Source: an uncultured Chloroflexia bacterium (GTDB taxonomy: Bacteria > Chloroflexota > Limnocylindria > Limnocylindrales > CSP1-4). From it: 64,000 bases of DNA. Made by a program: the position numbers and the translations under genes. The stretch is from assembly GCA_963763775.1 (NCBI GenBank), contig CAVXPZ010000001.1, forward strand, positions 992,001-1,056,000, written 5' to 3'. The notes beneath the pieces are model-generated. The model saw only the letters and a program-made list of their open reading frames with translations, had not been told where the DNA came from and searched no databases. Of the stretch, positions 1-12,408 are shown piece after piece; position 1 is the stretch's first letter; each line of letters starts with the position of its first letter.

Positions 1-36
1 CATGCGAGCGCTCGCGCAGCTGCGCGGCGAGGCGCG

Positions 37-1056
37 CTAGGCGCGCTCGTCCACCCGGACGATCCAGCGGCCGCGGGCCGCGCCGGCGACGATCCCGTCG
101 AGGGCCTCGTCGAGCGTGTCGAGGGTGACCTCGGTCGCGTGTGCGCCGAGGTCGCGCGGCCGCAGGTCTGTCGCGAGCCGGTCCCAGATGTGGCGACGGC
201 GCTCGATCGGGACGTTGACCGAGTCCATGCCCAGCAGCGCGACGCCCCGCAGGATGAACGGGAAGACCGTGGTGTCGAGCTTCGGCCCGCCGGCGTTCCC
301 GCTGGCCGCCACGGCCCCGCCAGTCCGGAGCGTCCGAAGGATGTACGGGAGCGTCGCCCCGCCGACCGCGTCGATCGCCCCGGCCCATCGTTCCGATTCG
401 AGTGGCCGGCCTTCGCCGGTCACTTCGTCCCGAGCCAGGATCCCGGCCGCGCCAAGGGCCGTCAGCCTCGCGGCCTCGTCCGCCTTGCCGGTCGCCGCCC
501 ACACCTCGTAGCCGCGGTCCGCGAGGATCGCGAGCGCCGTTCCGCCGACACCCCCGCTCGCCCCGGTCACGAGGACCGGACCGTTCGCGGGCTCCAGCCC
601 GCGCTCTTCGAGCGCGACGACGGACATCGCCGCCGTGAAGCCCGCGGTCCCGATCGCCATCGCGTCCCGCGGCGACAGCCCGGGCTCGAGCGGCACGACC
701 CAGCCGGCCGGCACACGCTGGTATTCGCTGTAGCCGCCATGCCGCGAGACGCCGAGCTCGTAGCCGTGCGCCAGCACGGCCGACCCGACAGTGATCGCCG
801 GGTCCTCGCTCGACACCACCTCGCCGGCCAGGTCGATCCCCGGGATGAGCGGGCTGATGCGCGCGACCTTGCCGTCCGCCCGCGTCGCGAGGCCGTCCTT
901 GTAGTTGACGCTCGACCACGCGACGCGGACCTCCACCTCGCCCGGCGGCAGATCGCTCTCAGCGAAGGGGACGACCCCGCGGCGGACGGCCGCGGCCCCG
1001 TCGGTCTCGAGCTTCTCGGCCACGAAGGCGCGGAACGTGGCGGGGATGGCGGTCAT
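37..1056 (-). CDS. YhdH/AcuI-family NADPH quinone oxidoreductase (acryloyl-CoA reductase-like, MDR family)
   Basis: SSVNYKD, IPGID, GTAGFTA, VTGASGGVG and PFILRGV motifs typical of YhdH/YhfP. Confidence 0.88.
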   Translation of the reverse strand: MTAIPATFRAFVAEKLETDGAAAVRRGVVPFAESDLPPGEVEVRVAWSSVNYKDGLATRADGKVARISPLIPGIDLAGEVVSSEDPAITVGSAVLAHGYELGVSRHGGYSEYQRVPAGWVVPLEPGLSPRDAMAIGTAGFTAAMSVVALEERGLEPANGPVLVTGASGGVGGTALAILADRGYEVWAATGKADEAARLTALGAAGILARDEVTGEGRPLESERWAGAIDAVGGATLPYILRTLRTGGAVAASGNAGGPKLDTTVFPFILRGVALLGMDSVNVPIERRRHIWDRLATDLRPRDLGAHATEVTLDTLDEALDGIVAGAARGRWIVRVDERA

Positions 1057-1117
1057 GGTCGAAGCCTAGCGCGGCGCCGACTCTCGCGGCGGCAACGTTG
1101 CGTTTGGGTGGCGTCCG

Positions 1118-1147
1118 TTGACGACCGTCGCGCGACTCCGGCACCAT
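1118..1147 (+). promoter_or_regulatory. Putative sigma70-type promoter for the met leader
   Basis: TTGACG (1118-1123), 18-nt spacer, CACCAT (1142-1147); the leader GTG starts at 1157, so the transcript may be near-leaderless. Confidence 0.45.
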
Positions 1148-1156
1148 CGGCGGACC

Positions 1157-1225
1157 GTGAACACGATCCTCGTCACCGCGAACATGTGTATGCGCAGGCG
1201 GCCCCACCGAGAGGTCCGGGTCTGA
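1157..1225 (+). CDS. Putative leader peptide MNTILVTANMCMRRRPHREVRV (Met-Cys-Met)
   Basis: GTG...TGA short ORF with ATG-TGT-ATG at 1184-1192, upstream of a terminator and metY. Confidence 0.55.
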   Translation: MNTILVTANMCMRRRPHREVRV

Positions 1226-1253
1226 CGTCCCGCGCACGTACGAGATGACGTAG

Positions 1254-3723
<2,470 letters not shown>

Positions 3724-3750
<27 letters not shown>

Positions 3751-4137
3751 GGCGGGGCGGTCGAGGGCCGCGTAGGCCGCCTTGACGGCCCCCGCCAGCG
3801 CCTCCGGCCGGTTGGAGCCGGAGACGACGGCACCGGCATCCGCCTGGGCCCAGCCCACGTCCATCCCCTGCGATGTGAGGACGATGGCCTTGCCCGGGTA
3901 CTGGTCGATGAGGTCCTGGGTCAGTTCGTCCTCACCCGTTCCGGAGGCCCAGACGTCGTACACGAGGACGTCCGCCCATTCCACCTGCCAACACGGCATC
4001 CCGCGGAGGACGGGGCAGGCCGTGAGGGCATGGGTCGGCCCACCGCATTGGTCGACCTCGAACCCGGCGCGCCGAAGCGTGTCAACCTTCATGTCCGCCA
4101 GATCCACGTCGTGATCGACGACGAGCACCTTGACCAT
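3724..4137 (-). CDS. Response-regulator receiver-like small protein with Cys cluster
   Basis: KVLVVDHD receiver-like start; CGGP...CPVLRGMPC. Confidence 0.6.
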
Positions 4138-4331
4138 GGCCGCGCCCTCCTTCGCCGGTCACGATCCCAGCGGCTGGCGGTGGCGACCGCGCCGTGCGAT
4201 CAAGGGAGGCTGGGCGCGACCTGGACCGTCCGCAAGGGCCGGGAGTCACGGGTCGAGTGGGTCATTCGGCGTGTGCCCCGGTCGGCCGGCGAGCCGCGAA
4301 GCCAGTCAGCCGGTCCCAGCGACGTGCGGAG

Positions 4332-5129
4332 CTAGCCGACCGGTGTCGGAACAGGCGTGGGCGTCGGCGTCGGGGTGGGCTCCGGGGTCGGCGTGGGCGT
4401 GGGGGTGGCCGTCGGCGTGCCGGCCGTCTGGCGCCGCCACAGGTATTCGCGCAGCGTCAACCCGCTGTCGTGGACCCGCTTCGCGTTCGCCCGCCCGACG
4501 TAGCGGAAGTGCCACGGCTCGTACATGTAGCAGGTGACCGCGTCCTGACCCTTCGGGTAGCTCATCACGAAGCCGTACTTCCAGGCGTTCTTGCGGAGCC
4601 ACGTCCCGGCCTTGGAGTTGCCCCAGTCCGAGAGGTCCCACGGCGCCGCACCTTTGTAACTGCGCAGGTCGAGCGCCGTGCCCAGCTGGTGCTCGCTGTG
4701 CCCGGCGCGGGCGCTCTCGGTCAGCGCGTACGCGTACCCGTGCAGCTTGACCCAGTAGGCGAACGTCGAGCGCTGCGTGGCGTAGCTGCGATACCCCGAC
4801 TGCACCGAGAATCGCGCCTTGGCTCGCTTGGCGGCCGCCGCCATCGCCCGAAGATCGGTGATGACCAGGCGCCGCACCTTGATGCCGCCGTTCAGCCCGG
4901 CCGTCGACGTGGACCGCAGGTCCGTGGGGGCGTGGGCGTTCGTCAGGCGATACGTCGTGTCGAGCAACGCGCGGGGCCAGTCGGTGAGCTTGCGGTGCGC
5001 CGTGAGCTTGTCCGCGACCGCACAGGCGGGCAGCGGCGCGTACGCCGTGACCGTGGCCGGGAGCCCGGAGACGAGCAGGACCGCCAGCACGACGAGCAGG
5101 ATCCGACCACGCGGCCGCCGGGTCAGCAT
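4332..5129 (-). CDS. D-alanyl-D-alanine carboxypeptidase, M15B (VanY-like), secreted, PT-rich tail
   Basis: SGYRSY, SARAGHSEHQLGTALD, YEPWHFRYVG. Confidence 0.9.
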   Translation of the reverse strand: MLTRRPRGRILLVVLAVLLVSGLPATVTAYAPLPACAVADKLTAHRKLTDWPRALLDTTYRLTNAHAPTDLRSTSTAGLNGGIKVRRLVITDLRAMAAAAKRAKARFSVQSGYRSYATQRSTFAYWVKLHGYAYALTESARAGHSEHQLGTALDLRSYKGAAPWDLSDWGNSKAGTWLRKNAWKYGFVMSYPKGQDAVTCYMYEPWHFRYVGRANAKRVHDSGLTLREYLWRRQTAGTPTATPTPTPTPEPTPTPTPTPVPTPVG

Positions 5130-5211
5130 GCCCAGAGGCTACCCCGATACGCCGTCGCCGGCACCTCCCCCGAACGTACCAGCGGGTCGGCGACCTGCCG
5201 AGGCGGACCGT

Positions 5212-6807
5212 CTAGGGCCCGACGGGCGTCGGGGTCGGTTCCACGGGCGTCGGCGTCGGCGTCGCTTCGGTGCTTGCCGTCGCCGTCGGCTTCGCGGTCG
5301 GCTTCTTCGTCGGCTTCGGTGTCGGCTTCCTCGTCGGCGCCGGGGCGCAGCCGCTCACCCCGCTCGTCGAGGCGCGCTTGGTCGAGCTCTTGGGCGCCTG
5401 GTACGAGCGCTTCGGGAGCGAGCCGTCCACCGGGAACAGGTCGTCGGCGAGCCGGCGGATCGACTTGATGACCGGCAACTGGATGGACCCGCGGCGGTCG
5501 AAGCCGGACTTCACGAGCGGGTGCGTGATGACCGCGCGGTAGATGTGCGAGCGGTCCACCTTGGCGGCCGCGTCCGCGAGGTCCGGGAGCTTCTTGCGCG
5601 GGATGTTCGTCGAGACGGTCTTGCCGATCGCCTTGAGCAGCCCGATCGGGTCGTTGAGGAACCCGCCGCGCTCGATGGTGTCGCGCATCCCGGTCAGCAC
5701 TTCCTGCTGGCGGGCGGCGCGGGTGAAGTCGCTCTCGCCGTTGGGCTTTCGGACGCGGGCGTAGGCCAGTGCCTGGTTGCCGTTGAGGTGGTGGCGACCG
5801 GCCGTGATCGAGAAGCCGTGCTTGTAGCCGTACTCCTTGTAGTGCGGGTCGCAGAATGAGCGCTCCACGTTGACGTCGACGCCGCCGAGCGTGTTGACGA
5901 TGCTCACGAACCCGCCGAGGTCCACCGCGGCGTAGTACGGGATGTCGAGGCCGAGCAGCTTCCCGAGCGCGCCCTGAAGGACGTCGAAGCCCTTGCCGCT
6001 CGAGCCCGGGAACTGCTTGGGATGGTGCCGCGCGTAGGCGACGAGCCCGTTGATCTTGGCGCTGTACTTGCGGCCGTCGGCGAGCGGGACGTCCACCATG
6101 TCGCGCGGGACCGACACCATCGAGACCGTGCCCGTGTTCGGGTCGAGCGAGACGACGATCATCGTGTCCGTGAGGTAGGTGCTGCGGCCCACGCCGGCAT
6201 CGGCGCCGACGACGAGGGCGTTGATCCGCTGGTCGACCGGGGTCGGCGACGGCGAGACCGAGGCGCCGGGGTCGGCGCTCGCGCTCGGGTCGGCCGGGAT
6301 GAGGAAGCTCGGGTCGGGCTCGGGCGCGACGGACGGGCCGGCCGCCACCACCGGCGATGGCTCGTCCTGGAAGACCTCGTCGGCGGTCTCGCGGGTGATC
6401 TCGGTGCCGTACGCGGCATAGGCCTGCGGGGCGATCACGACGAAGAGCAGGAGCACGATCGGGAGCGCATCGAACGCGCGCAGCCTGGGGAGCCCGGGCG
6501 CCGTGAGGCTCGACCCGACGGCGAGCAGCCGCCAGATGAGCAGGAAGGCCTGGAAGGCCATCAGCCCCCACAGGACGCCCGAGTCGAGGAGGCTCGCGGC
6601 GATCCGCGTGGGCGAACTCGTCAGGCCGATGAAGACCGCCGCGGCGAGCGCGATGAGGATCGGCGTCAGGAAGAGCAGGCCGCGGTTGCGGCGTCCGGCG
6701 AACAGGTGCCCGACGCCGGGGATGATGGCGTCGAGGATGGCCGGTACATAGCGACCGCGGCGAGACGGTTCAGCGGACGTCAGCGGGCCCGCGGGTGGGT
6801 TCGGCAC
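5212..6807 (-). CDS. LCP (LytR-CpsA-Psr) family protein with N-terminal TM helices
   Basis: TDTMIVVS, SVPRD, KIN, ALAYARVR, SDFTRAARQQ. Confidence 0.9.
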   Translation of the reverse strand: MPNPPAGPLTSAEPSRRGRYVPAILDAIIPGVGHLFAGRRNRGLLFLTPILIALAAAVFIGLTSSPTRIAASLLDSGVLWGLMAFQAFLLIWRLLAVGSSLTAPGLPRLRAFDALPIVLLLFVVIAPQAYAAYGTEITRETADEVFQDEPSPVVAAGPSVAPEPDPSFLIPADPSASADPGASVSPSPTPVDQRINALVVGADAGVGRSTYLTDTMIVVSLDPNTGTVSMVSVPRDMVDVPLADGRKYSAKINGLVAYARHHPKQFPGSSGKGFDVLQGALGKLLGLDIPYYAAVDLGGFVSIVNTLGGVDVNVERSFCDPHYKEYGYKHGFSITAGRHHLNGNQALAYARVRKPNGESDFTRAARQQEVLTGMRDTIERGGFLNDPIGLLKAIGKTVSTNIPRKKLPDLADAAAKVDRSHIYRAVITHPLVKSGFDRRGSIQLPVIKSIRRLADDLFPVDGSLPKRSYQAPKSSTKRASTSGVSGCAPAPTRKPTPKPTKKPTAKPTATASTEATPTPTPVEPTPTPVGP

Positions 6808-6912
6808 CGGCGCAGGGTACCAGCAGATGGCACCGGAGGCGTCCGGCGAGGCCCTATCGCGGCCGTCGGGCGGCTGCCCGCCGACGATGCGGTATCATCG
6901 CGGCCGCTCCAC

Positions 6913-6987
6913 TGGCGAGTGGCCAAGCGGTAAGGCGCCTGACTCTGGATCAGGAGATCGAAGGTTCGAATCCTTCCTCGCCAGCCA
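6913..6987 (+). tRNA. tRNA-Gln (anticodon CTG), CCA encoded
   Basis: TGGCGAG/CTCGCCA acceptor stem, CCTGA-CTCTGGA-TCAGG anticodon arm, GTTCGAATCC T-loop; TATCAT -10 just upstream. Confidence 0.95.
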
Positions 6988-7207
6988 TCCTCCTGAACAC
7001 GACACGGCCCCCGGAGGCGACTCCCAGGGCCGCTGCGATCCCGAGCCGCCCGGTGATCCTCGTCAAGCGCGACTTGGGCCGGACGTGGTCACCCCTCACG
7101 CCGTCCCCTCCCGCGCAACGCATACGATCCGCAAGGGGCTCGATGGCCCCCCCGGTGGGGCGATCCGGCCGGGGGCGCATCGCGGACCCCAGCCGTAGAC
7201 TCGATCG

Positions 7208-9637
7208 ATGAGCGCCATCGCCCGACCTGCCGTCACGCCCCCGAACGGGGCGACCGAGCCACCGACGAACCCGATCGACCTGGCCCGCGATCTGGTCGAC
7301 CGCGCGATCCTGCCGATGACCGTCGTGGGTCTCGTGGCCGGGCTGGCGTTCATCTGGGCAGGCAACGAGGACGCGGCGGTGGTCGCCTGGACCGTCCCTG
7401 CGGTCGTGGTGGCCGTTCGCCTCGCGTGGGCGATCGTGCGTGACCTGGTGCACGGCGAGCTCGGTGTGGACCTCATCGCGATCCTGGCCATCGTCGGTGC
7501 GCTCCTGCTTGGCGAGCCGTTCGCGGCCGCGGTCATCGGTGTCATGCTGGCGACCGGCGAGGCGCTGGAACGCTATGCGCAGGGACGCGCTCATCGAGAG
7601 CTGACCGCCCTCCTTGGACGCGCCCCTCGCAACGTTCAGCGATACGTCGATGGCCGACTGGAGACGACGCCGATCGAGGCCGTCATCCCAGGCGACCTGC
7701 TCGCGATCCGCCCTGGCGATGTCGTGCCAGTCGATGGGATGGTCGTCGGGAGCCCGGCCATCCTCGACGAATCCGCGCTCACCGGCGAGTCGCGGCTGAT
7801 GACACGCGAGGAAGGCGATGCGGTCAGCTCCGGCACAGTCAACGCCGGCTCCTCGTTCGACCTCCGGACCGTGGCGACCGCCGCCGACAGCGCTTACGCC
7901 GGCATCGTCCGTCTCGTCCAGGAGGCACAGCACAGCAAGGCGCCATTCGTCCGTCTCGCGGATCGGTATGCCCTTATCTTCGTGCCGTTCACCTTGGCCA
8001 TTGCCGGGGCGGCCTGGCTCGTGTCCGGCGATCCGGTTCGCGCCCTGGCGGTCCTGGTGGTGGCGACACCGTGCCCGCTCCTGCTCGCCGCTCCGATCGC
8101 GATCGTCGCCGGGATCTCACGTGCGGCCCGGCGAGGGGTGATCGTCAAGGGCGGCGGTCCGCTCGAGACCTTGGCTCGCTCGCGGGTCGTGCTGTTCGAC
8201 AAGACAGGGACGCTCACCGCCGGCCGGCCCCGGCTCGCTACGATCGATGTCGGCCCGGCAACCGAGCCGACCAGCTTCGATCAGGGCGAGGTCCTGCGGT
8301 TGGCGGCCTCGGTCGAGCAACTGTCGCCGCACGTGCTCGCCGGTTCGATCGTGCATGGGGCCCGGGAACGGGGCCTCGAGCTGTCGATGCCAGTCGACGT
8401 CGTGGAGACGCCGGGCGCGGGCGTGGCCGGACTCGTCGACGGCCAACGGGTCGCCGTCGGGACGGCGGAGTTCTGCGCCGGCGACGGCGGGCTGCCCCGA
8501 TGGGCCCGCGAGGTGCGACGCAGAGCCGCGTTCGAGGGTTCGACGTGTGCGTTCATCCGGATCGACGATGTGGTCCGCGGCGCGCTTGTTCTCGACGACC
8601 CACTCCGGCCCGAGACCCCACGGGCGATCCGCTCACTTCGGCGGATCGGCTTCACCCGGATCGTGATGGTCACGGGCGACAACGCGGCAGTCGCCGACAT
8701 CATCGGGTCGGCCATCGGCGTCGACGCGGTGCTCGCCGACCGGGTGCCCTCGGAAAAGGTCGATGCCGTCAACGCCGAACGGTCGGACGCCGCCGGGCCG
8801 ATCGTGATGGTCGGCGACGGGCTCAATGACGCGCCCGCCCTGGCCCTCGCCGATGTCGGCGTGGCGATGGGTGCGCGGGGGGCGAGTGCGTCCTCGGAGG
8901 CAGCCGATATCGTGATCGCCGTCGACCGACTCGATCGCCTGACCGAGGCCGTCCAGATCGCGCGACGAGCACGCTCGATCGCCGTGCAGAGCGTCGTCCT
9001 CGGGATGGGGATGTCGATCGTCGCGATGGCTGCCGCGGCGCTTGGCCTCCTTCCGGTCGTCGCCGGGGCCATCCTCCAGGAGGCGATCGATGTCATCGTG
9101 ATCCTCAATGCACTCCGCGCTCTGCGAGGCGGTGTGGAGGTCCCGGTTCGGATCGCCGGCTGGACCGAGACAAGCGCACGCCTGCGCGCGGCGCACATCG
9201 AACTGGAACCGTCCATCGTCCGGATCCGCGCGACGGCCGATGTCCTCGACAGCCTGTCCGCAGCGGCCGCGTCGGCCGCTCTCGAGGAGGTCCGCACGTT
9301 CGTGTCGGATGATCTCCTCCCGCACGAGGAGATGGAGGACCGGACGATCTATCCGATGCTCGCCAACGCGATGGGCACCGACGACGCGACCGCGTCGATG
9401 CACCGGACGCATCAGGAGATCTTCCGACTCGCGCGGCAGCTCGATCGCCTGGTCCGCGACCTTCCGCGGGAGGGTCCGAGTGGCGATGACCGGACGGATC
9501 TCCAGCGCCTCCTCTACGGCCTGGAAGCGATCCTTCGCTTGCATCAGGCGCAGGAGGAGGACCTTTATATGTCGATCGGTGACAGCACCGCGCCGGCCGA
9601 ACGATCGACCCCCGCTGCGGCGCCGGTCCGGCCCTGA
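7208..9637 (+). CDS. Heavy-metal P1B-5-type ATPase with C-terminal hemerythrin domain
   Basis: TGES, TPCP, DKTGT, GDGLND, Qx4Gx3Sx3M and QEx2Dx5N; C-terminal H/HxxxE/H/HxxxE pattern. Confidence 0.9.
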   Translation: MSAIARPAVTPPNGATEPPTNPIDLARDLVDRAILPMTVVGLVAGLAFIWAGNEDAAVVAWTVPAVVVAVRLAWAIVRDLVHGELGVDLIAILAIVGALLLGEPFAAAVIGVMLATGEALERYAQGRAHRELTALLGRAPRNVQRYVDGRLETTPIEAVIPGDLLAIRPGDVVPVDGMVVGSPAILDESALTGESRLMTREEGDAVSSGTVNAGSSFDLRTVATAADSAYAGIVRLVQEAQHSKAPFVRLADRYALIFVPFTLAIAGAAWLVSGDPVRALAVLVVATPCPLLLAAPIAIVAGISRAARRGVIVKGGGPLETLARSRVVLFDKTGTLTAGRPRLATIDVGPATEPTSFDQGEVLRLAASVEQLSPHVLAGSIVHGARERGLELSMPVDVVETPGAGVAGLVDGQRVAVGTAEFCAGDGGLPRWAREVRRRAAFEGSTCAFIRIDDVVRGALVLDDPLRPETPRAIRSLRRIGFTRIVMVTGDNAAVADIIGSAIGVDAVLADRVPSEKVDAVNAERSDAAGPIVMVGDGLNDAPALALADVGVAMGARGASASSEAADIVIAVDRLDRLTEAVQIARRARSIAVQSVVLGMGMSIVAMAAAALGLLPVVAGAILQEAIDVIVILNALRALRGGVEVPVRIAGWTETSARLRAAHIELEPSIVRIRATADVLDSLSAAAASAALEEVRTFVSDDLLPHEEMEDRTIYPMLANAMGTDDATASMHRTHQEIFRLARQLDRLVRDLPREGPSGDDRTDLQRLLYGLEAILRLHQAQEEDLYMSIGDSTAPAERSTPAAAPVRP

Positions 9638-9667
9638 CCCGCACCGAGGGTCCGAAAGGCGATCGCC

Positions 9668-9781
9668 CTAGGCGTCTCGGTCGCCGCTCCGGCCAGGACC
9701 CCGAGTCTGCCTGATCTTGGCCAGGGCCACGATGATGCCTGCGAGGAAGGCCGTGACCGGGAGGAAGAGGCGCTTGCGCAT
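9668..9781 (-). CDS. Small single-TM protein (MRKRLFLPVTAFLAGIIVALAKIRQ...)
   Basis: ATG-TAG ORF 3 nt after the upstream small ORF; hydrophobic core; absent from the ORF track. Confidence 0.4.
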   Translation of the reverse strand: MRKRLFLPVTAFLAGIIVALAKIRQTRGPGRSGDRDA

Positions 9782-9784
9782 CCG

Positions 9785-9868
9785 TCAGGCCTCCGCGCGA
9801 CGGCCCAGGAGCGCGCGGTGGTTGAAGCCGGCGATCGCCCCAAGGACGATCCACGAGATGATGCCCAC
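9785..9868 (-). pseudogene. Truncated GlsB/YeaQ/YmgE (transglycosylase-associated) family protein, 27 aa
   Basis: GGAGG RBS + GTG; MGIISWIVLGAIAGF is the typical family N-terminus but the remaining helices are missing. Confidence 0.55.
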
Positions 9869-10011
9869 GAAGCCTCCATCGACGACCGGAGCGATCCCGC
9901 GGGTTGGCCCGCGACCTGGACGGCTGATGATCCTCGTGACCCGATGCTACGCCTGGCCGCAAGCTGTGCCGGCTTGCAGGGCCATGATGGCGTCGGGGTC
10001 GCTGGTCCAGC

Positions 10012-10385
10012 TCACTGGACGATGACTGTCGCCTTCATCGACGAGTGGATCGCACAGTGATAGGCAAAGGTGCCGGCCGTCGCGAACGTCTGCGTGAACG
10101 TCGAGCCAGTCGCGATCGTCTTGCTGTCGAACGAGCCATCGTCCGCGGTCACCGTGTGCCCGGTGCTGTCGTTGTTGGTCCACGTGATGGTGGTCCCGAC
10201 CGGGACGGTGATGGACCCCGGCTGGAAGCTCAGGTTCGCGATCGAGACGGTGTTCCCGGAGGTCGCAGACGTCGCCGCGGGTGGCGCGCTCGCGGCCGGC
10301 GAGGCTGTGGCGCTCGAGCCGCCGCCACACGCGACGAGCGTCAGGATGGCCGCGACGCGAGGGCGGCGGGACGGATGGATCGCAT
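10012..10385 (-). CDS. Cupredoxin (plastocyanin/amicyanin-like) lipoprotein; frameshift in signal region (~10357)
   Basis: Read from sequence: LVAC lipobox, FQPGSITVPVGTTITWTN, HTVTADDGSFDS, YHCAIHSSM (type-1 Cu ligands H, C, H, M); missed by the ORF track. Confidence 0.85.
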
Positions 10386-10475
10386 CGTTCGAGCTCCTGT
10401 TGCGGTTCGCGTGAGCGTAGTCGTGTCACAAGAGGCGGTACGTCTCCCCGGCGACCATGGATTGCGCGGTTGACG

Positions 10476-10503
10476 TGTAACGAGTCCGCTCGCGGTGGCA
10501 TCT
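10476..10503 (+). promoter_or_regulatory. Possible ECF-type autoregulatory promoter
   Basis: TGTAAC...GCATCT shortly before the sigma-factor ATG; no RBS. Confidence 0.3.
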
Positions 10504-10510
10504 GTAGCGC

Positions 10511-11050
10511 ATGATCGGCAGCGTGATCGCGGAGGCGGAGCCACAGCGGTCCATCGTCGAGCGGGCGATCGCCGGCGATGAGGTGGCGTTCGCCCGGATC
10601 GTGGCGGCGCACCACGGCGACATGGCGCGCATCGCCTACTTCGTCTGCGGCGACCTCGATGTCGCGGAGGAGGCCGAGCAATCGGCCTGGGCGGTCGCCT
10701 ACCGGCGCCTGAAGGACCTGCGGGACCCGGAGCGCCTGCGCCCGTGGCTGATGTCGGTCGCGGCGAACGAGGCGCGGCAGATCGCCCGCAGCCGGCGACG
10801 ACGCGCCGTGCGGGAGCTCGCCGTCGCGGATCCGACGCGGCCGGCCGATGTCGACCACGCCGCGATGATCGACCTCGCGGACGCCCTTGGTCGACTCGAC
10901 CCGACGGACCGGGCGATCGTCGGGCTGCGATTCATCGGTGGCTTCGAGTCAGCCGAGATCGGGCAGGCGATGGGCATGACCGCGACGGGCGTACGCGTAC
11001 GCCTCCACCGACTCCTCGAACGATTGCGAAAGGACCTCGGCGATGACTGA
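10511..11050 (+). CDS. ECF RNA polymerase sigma factor
   Basis: Region 2 (AEEAEQ...LRPWLMSVAANEAR) and region 4 HTH (SAEIGQAMGMTATGVRVRLHR). Confidence 0.9.
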   Translation: MIGSVIAEAEPQRSIVERAIAGDEVAFARIVAAHHGDMARIAYFVCGDLDVAEEAEQSAWAVAYRRLKDLRDPERLRPWLMSVAANEARQIARSRRRRAVRELAVADPTRPADVDHAAMIDLADALGRLDPTDRAIVGLRFIGGFESAEIGQAMGMTATGVRVRLHRLLERLRKDLGDD

Positions 11051-12398
11051 GCGAACCGACAGCGAGCTGTTCGAGGCGAGGTTCGCCGATCGCGTCCACG
11101 CGTACACCGAGGTCGCGACCGTGCGGCCGTTCGATGCGTCGGCAACCTCACGGACCGCGATGACGTCCGCGCGGAACGTCGGCTGGCCTGAGCGCCTGAT
11201 GGGCGATCGGCGCGGTCTGCGGATCGGTGGCGCGCGGTTCGCCGCCATCGCCCTCGGCGTCGTCCTGGTCGGCGTCGTCGCGGTCGGCCTCCTCGGGCAG
11301 CCGCACGCCGTGGTCGGCCCGCAGCCGACCTCGTCCGCGTCGGCCACGAGTGCTGCCGCCGCGGCCGGCGGCCCGATCCCCGACGACCTCATCCACTCGT
11401 GGGAACGGCCGTATGCCGTCACGCCCGGCCTGGACCGATGGCCCACCGCGTCCCTTCGGCTGACGAGCGACCTCCTTGAGGTCGGGCCCGGGCCGGTCGC
11501 CGAAACGTCGCGGTCCACGGTCTCGACGGCGGGTGCAAGCACCATAGACGCGGTGGCGACCACGGAGACCCGAGGTTGCGCGACCGGCGACCAGGGCGCC
11601 TACCACTGGTCGGTGGACTCGAAAGACACGGTCCTGACGCTGACGCCGAGCGGGACCGATGCGTGCGCGGCCCGGCAGACCGCCCTCGCCGGCGACTGGG
11701 TGCGCTCCGATCTGCCACCCGTGCCGGACTCTAGGACCCCGCTGCAACCGGGACCGAACGAGACGTCGAGCTTCGACCCGTTCGGCGGCGCGGCGACGGC
11801 CGGCCGGCTCTCCTATACCGTGCCAGCGGGCTGGTCCCTCGAGGAGGACGCAGCCGGGTCGGTCACACTCCGTCGCCTAGAGGACACCTCCGGAAGCCAG
11901 CCATCGCACGAACCGTTCATCGCCCTCATCGCGCGGCCCGCCGTGGCCGCGGAGCCCAAAGCCGGGGTGGTCTGCGGCCCGTTCGCCGACGCACCGGGCA
12001 TCGGCCACAGCGTCGCTGACATCGTGGCAGCGATCACGACCCGACCCGGCGTGGAATCCACGTCGGCGCCCGTGACCATCGGCGGCTATGACGGCCAGGT
12101 GCTCGACCTCCGCGTCGCGGCGTCGTCGACGAGCGGTTGCCTCGCACCGGACGGGCTGACGAGGGGGATCCCGATCCTCCTGCAAGCGGGTTCGGCGAAC
12201 GGGCCCGCGGCGGGCATCGACCCGGACCATCCGATCCGGCTCATCCTGCTCGACCTGGGTGGCGGCCGGACGATGGCCGCGGTGATCTTCGATCCCGTAC
12301 CGTCCTCGTCGTCTGCAGCCGGATCGTCGTTCGAGGCGCAGGTCGCCAAGGCGATGCCGGTCATCGAGAGTTTCGAATTCCACCCGTCTGTGCCGTAG
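11043..12398 (+). CDS. Putative membrane-anchored anti-sigma factor
   Basis: Overlaps the sigma-factor stop; short cytoplasmic N-terminus, one TM helix, large extracellular region with Cys pairs. Confidence 0.65.
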   Translation: MTERTDSELFEARFADRVHAYTEVATVRPFDASATSRTAMTSARNVGWPERLMGDRRGLRIGGARFAAIALGVVLVGVVAVGLLGQPHAVVGPQPTSSASATSAAAAAGGPIPDDLIHSWERPYAVTPGLDRWPTASLRLTSDLLEVGPGPVAETSRSTVSTAGASTIDAVATTETRGCATGDQGAYHWSVDSKDTVLTLTPSGTDACAARQTALAGDWVRSDLPPVPDSRTPLQPGPNETSSFDPFGGAATAGRLSYTVPAGWSLEEDAAGSVTLRRLEDTSGSQPSHEPFIALIARPAVAAEPKAGVVCGPFADAPGIGHSVADIVAAITTRPGVESTSAPVTIGGYDGQVLDLRVAASSTSGCLAPDGLTRGIPILLQAGSANGPAAGIDPDHPIRLILLDLGGGRTMAAVIFDPVPSSSSAAGSSFEAQVAKAMPVIESFEFHPSVP

Positions 12399-12408
12399 CA
12401 CCGCGCCG

